Part shown: positions 61,804 through 64,000 of the stretch, one piece after another
Layout of the letters: every line of letters starts with the position of its first letter
How positions within the stretch are numbered: the stretch's first letter is position 1
Notes under the pieces: generated by a model
Seen by the model: only the letters and a program-made list of their open reading frames with translations
Told to the model about the DNA's origin: nothing
Database searches by the model: none
Origin: Octopus bimaculoides
Taxonomy: Eukaryota
Direction of reading: 5' to 3'
DNA: 64,000 nucleotides
Assembly: GCF_001194135.2 (NCBI RefSeq)
Contig: NC_068999.1
Coordinates: 31,141,719 to 31,205,718 of the forward strand
Position numbers and translations under genes: made by a program

Positions 61804-62887
61804 CAGAGACAGACAGACAGACATTGGTCTCACAAGAACATTGTCCTCAGGATGATGGACTTCACAAAAGATGTGACAAAAAAAAAAATCTAAGAGAATT
61901 GGTTGTTTGTTGTATGGGAGAACTGTCCAAGGTATAAACTTTGAAACTTTGATGATAATGATGATGATGAAGAGTTAGAAGATGCAGAGAAGCTGAAAGA
62001 TGTCTGTGTATGCATGTGTCTGTGTGTGTATGCATATGTATGTATTTAACTGACCCAATTATTTCTTAGCAAAGCAGACTCAAATAGTGACAAACTAATA
62101 ATGGAGAAGAACCTGATTGGGGAGGTGTAAAACAGTTTAGAAATTCACAGGCCTCAGACTAAATCATTTGTTATTCAAATGAAAGAGTTACATTAACCAA
62201 TCAGTCCAAACTGCACACTTTCGCACTCCAGGCTAAAGTTAACGTACGTGATTAATTTCCCAATCCATACTCTACACAGTTGTATTTCATGCTAGAGCTA
62301 AGTTGAGAAGAAATTTCTAACAAGGTTACATTCTATTCTACACTTAGTTTTACCACAGATTCATATATTAATGATGTCACTATGAAACATCATAAGCACT
62401 GTGATATTTATACAGTGGCCCCTAACACAATAACACTGCAGTGACACTGCCACTATGACAGTATCAACCATGAATATCACCCCCACCATCAGCATAAGCA
62501 ATACTCCAATAACCATGACTACTGTCAGCATCAATAACAACCAACAACAAGAACAACAACGTTACCTCCACCACTGCCACTGCCACTGTCTCCACCACGT
62601 AATTTTTACATATATCTTCAAAATGTACATGAAGACATTGACTGTAACAGAATATCAAGTAAAACTTGTTATTCCATTAATTTTGTGTTTATCTGAGGTT
62701 GTATGTGTTTACATGCACACACACATGCAGACACACAGACACACACACATATACACATACACACATATATCAGTTTAATTCATGTCAGCATAGAAAGCAA
62801 ACATGAAATGTAGATTTTGATATTTCTATGTGTGTGAGCTTGTGTGTGTGTATATATATATGTGTGTGTGTTGTGTGTGTGGGTGTG

Positions 62888-62923
<36 letters not shown>

Positions 62924-62954
62924 TCTTTTATATGTTTCAGCCTTGAGGCTGCAG

Positions 62955-62991
<37 letters not shown>

Positions 62992-63309
62992 AGATCAAAG
63001 TGTATGTACGCCACTATATTTTTTATATATATATAATACAAAATGGGACAAGAACGCAAAACATCCAGACAGGTGATACATTTGAGGGGACAACAAAACA
63101 TCCAGAAAGACGATACAAAGAAAACTAGGACGGGTCATTCAGAGTTTTCTTTCTTCAGTCGAGTTCCTGATTATCTTTGCAATTTCGATTGGTTATACTC
63201 GGGATTGCTCCAATCTGGCCAGCCCCAAGGAAAAACTAAGCTAAGAGCATCAGATTCCTTGGAAGAAAGTAGCGAGAACAGGAAAAAAAAACAGAATGTT
63301 ACACAAATA

Positions 63310-63770
63310 GGCGCAAGAGTGGCTGTGTGGTAAGTAGCTTGCTTACCAACCACATGGTTCCGGGTTCAGTCCCACTGCATGGCATCTTGGGCAAGTATCT
63401 TCTACTATAGCCTCAGGCCAACCAAAGCCTTGTGAGTGGATTTGGTAGACGGAAACTGAAAGAAGCCCGTCGTGTATATGTATATGTATATATATGTGTG
63501 TTTAAGTGTCTGTGTTTGTCCCCCCAACATTGCTTGACAACTGATGCTGGTGTGTTTACATCCCCGTAACTTAGCGGTTCGGCAAAAGAGCCCGATAGAA
63601 TAAGTACTAGGCTTACAAAGAATAAGNNNNNNNNNNCGGTTCGGCAAAAGAGCCCGATAGAATAAGTACTAGGCTTACAAAGAATAAGTCCTGGGGTCGA
63701 TTTGCTCGACAAAAGGCGGTGCTCCAACATGGCCACAGTCAAATGACTGAAACAAGTTAAACAGTTAAAC
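63310..63770 (+). mobile_element. Complete bipartite SINE, young, split by a 10-N gap
   Basis: ggcgcaagagtggctgtgtggtaagtagc head, linker, tail; about 55 bp duplicated on both sides of the gap at 63627-63636. Confidence 0.92.
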
Positions 63771-64000
63771 AGTAAAAATACAAATAACAGGACATAACAA
63801 CAAGTGTCTTTCGAGTAAGGACAAATTGAATTAAGCTGGCGTGTGTGGAAGTAAAGCCTTATGGCAGAGATACAAGATTTCACATGCACAGAAAAAATAG
63901 ATGTTGCATGGATGGTGGCCGAACCAAGAAAGAAAGGTCAGGCTTGGCCAAACACTGGTCACATGTGGGAGAGAAGAGAGAGAGGTAGAGGCAGAGGGAC

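Noticed and set aside
63150-63215. GATTGG/CCAATC-GAAA on the minus strand as a hammerhead
   Set aside because: The upstream core reads CTGGCCA and there is no NUH or stem I.
63570-63690. Tandem duplication inside the SINE tail
   Set aside because: Identical sequence on both sides of a 10-N gap, typical of unmerged contig overlap.
5-63889. Long ORFs in the track rich in YI/HT/CV/X or poly-E/K/F/D
   Set aside because: They are translations of microsatellites and N-gaps, not genes.
1-64000. CRISPR arrays, rRNA or tRNA genes
   Set aside because: None seen; the tRNA-like boxes belong to SINE heads, and the PBS repeats have only three short, irregular units.

Overview
Repeat-saturated, AT-rich eukaryotic genomic DNA with about 15 assembly gaps, most flanked by microsatellites. 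The repeat inventory (abundant RTE LINEs with (GAT)n tails, tRNA-derived bipartite SINEs, Penelope-like elements, Tc1/mariner/maT/pogo/hAT remnants, dense (TA)n/(CA)n) looks like a cephalopod (Octopus-like) draft scaffold; this is inferred, not proven. I found no convincing host protein-coding exon. Nearly all ORFs in the track are microsatellite or gap artefacts or transposon fragments. Two non-trivial signals stand out. (1) At least ten type I hammerhead ribozyme motifs from several sequence families, most next to Penelope-like remnants. Two (17854-17920 +, 48058-48163 -) have an intact catalytic core and all three stems, and one three-copy family shares a non-canonical stem II junction. (2) The dominant RTE LINE carries a complete C4HC3 PHD finger inserted inside its reverse transcriptase domain, seen in three independent copies. 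Element boundaries were read by eye and are approximate unless stated as exact.
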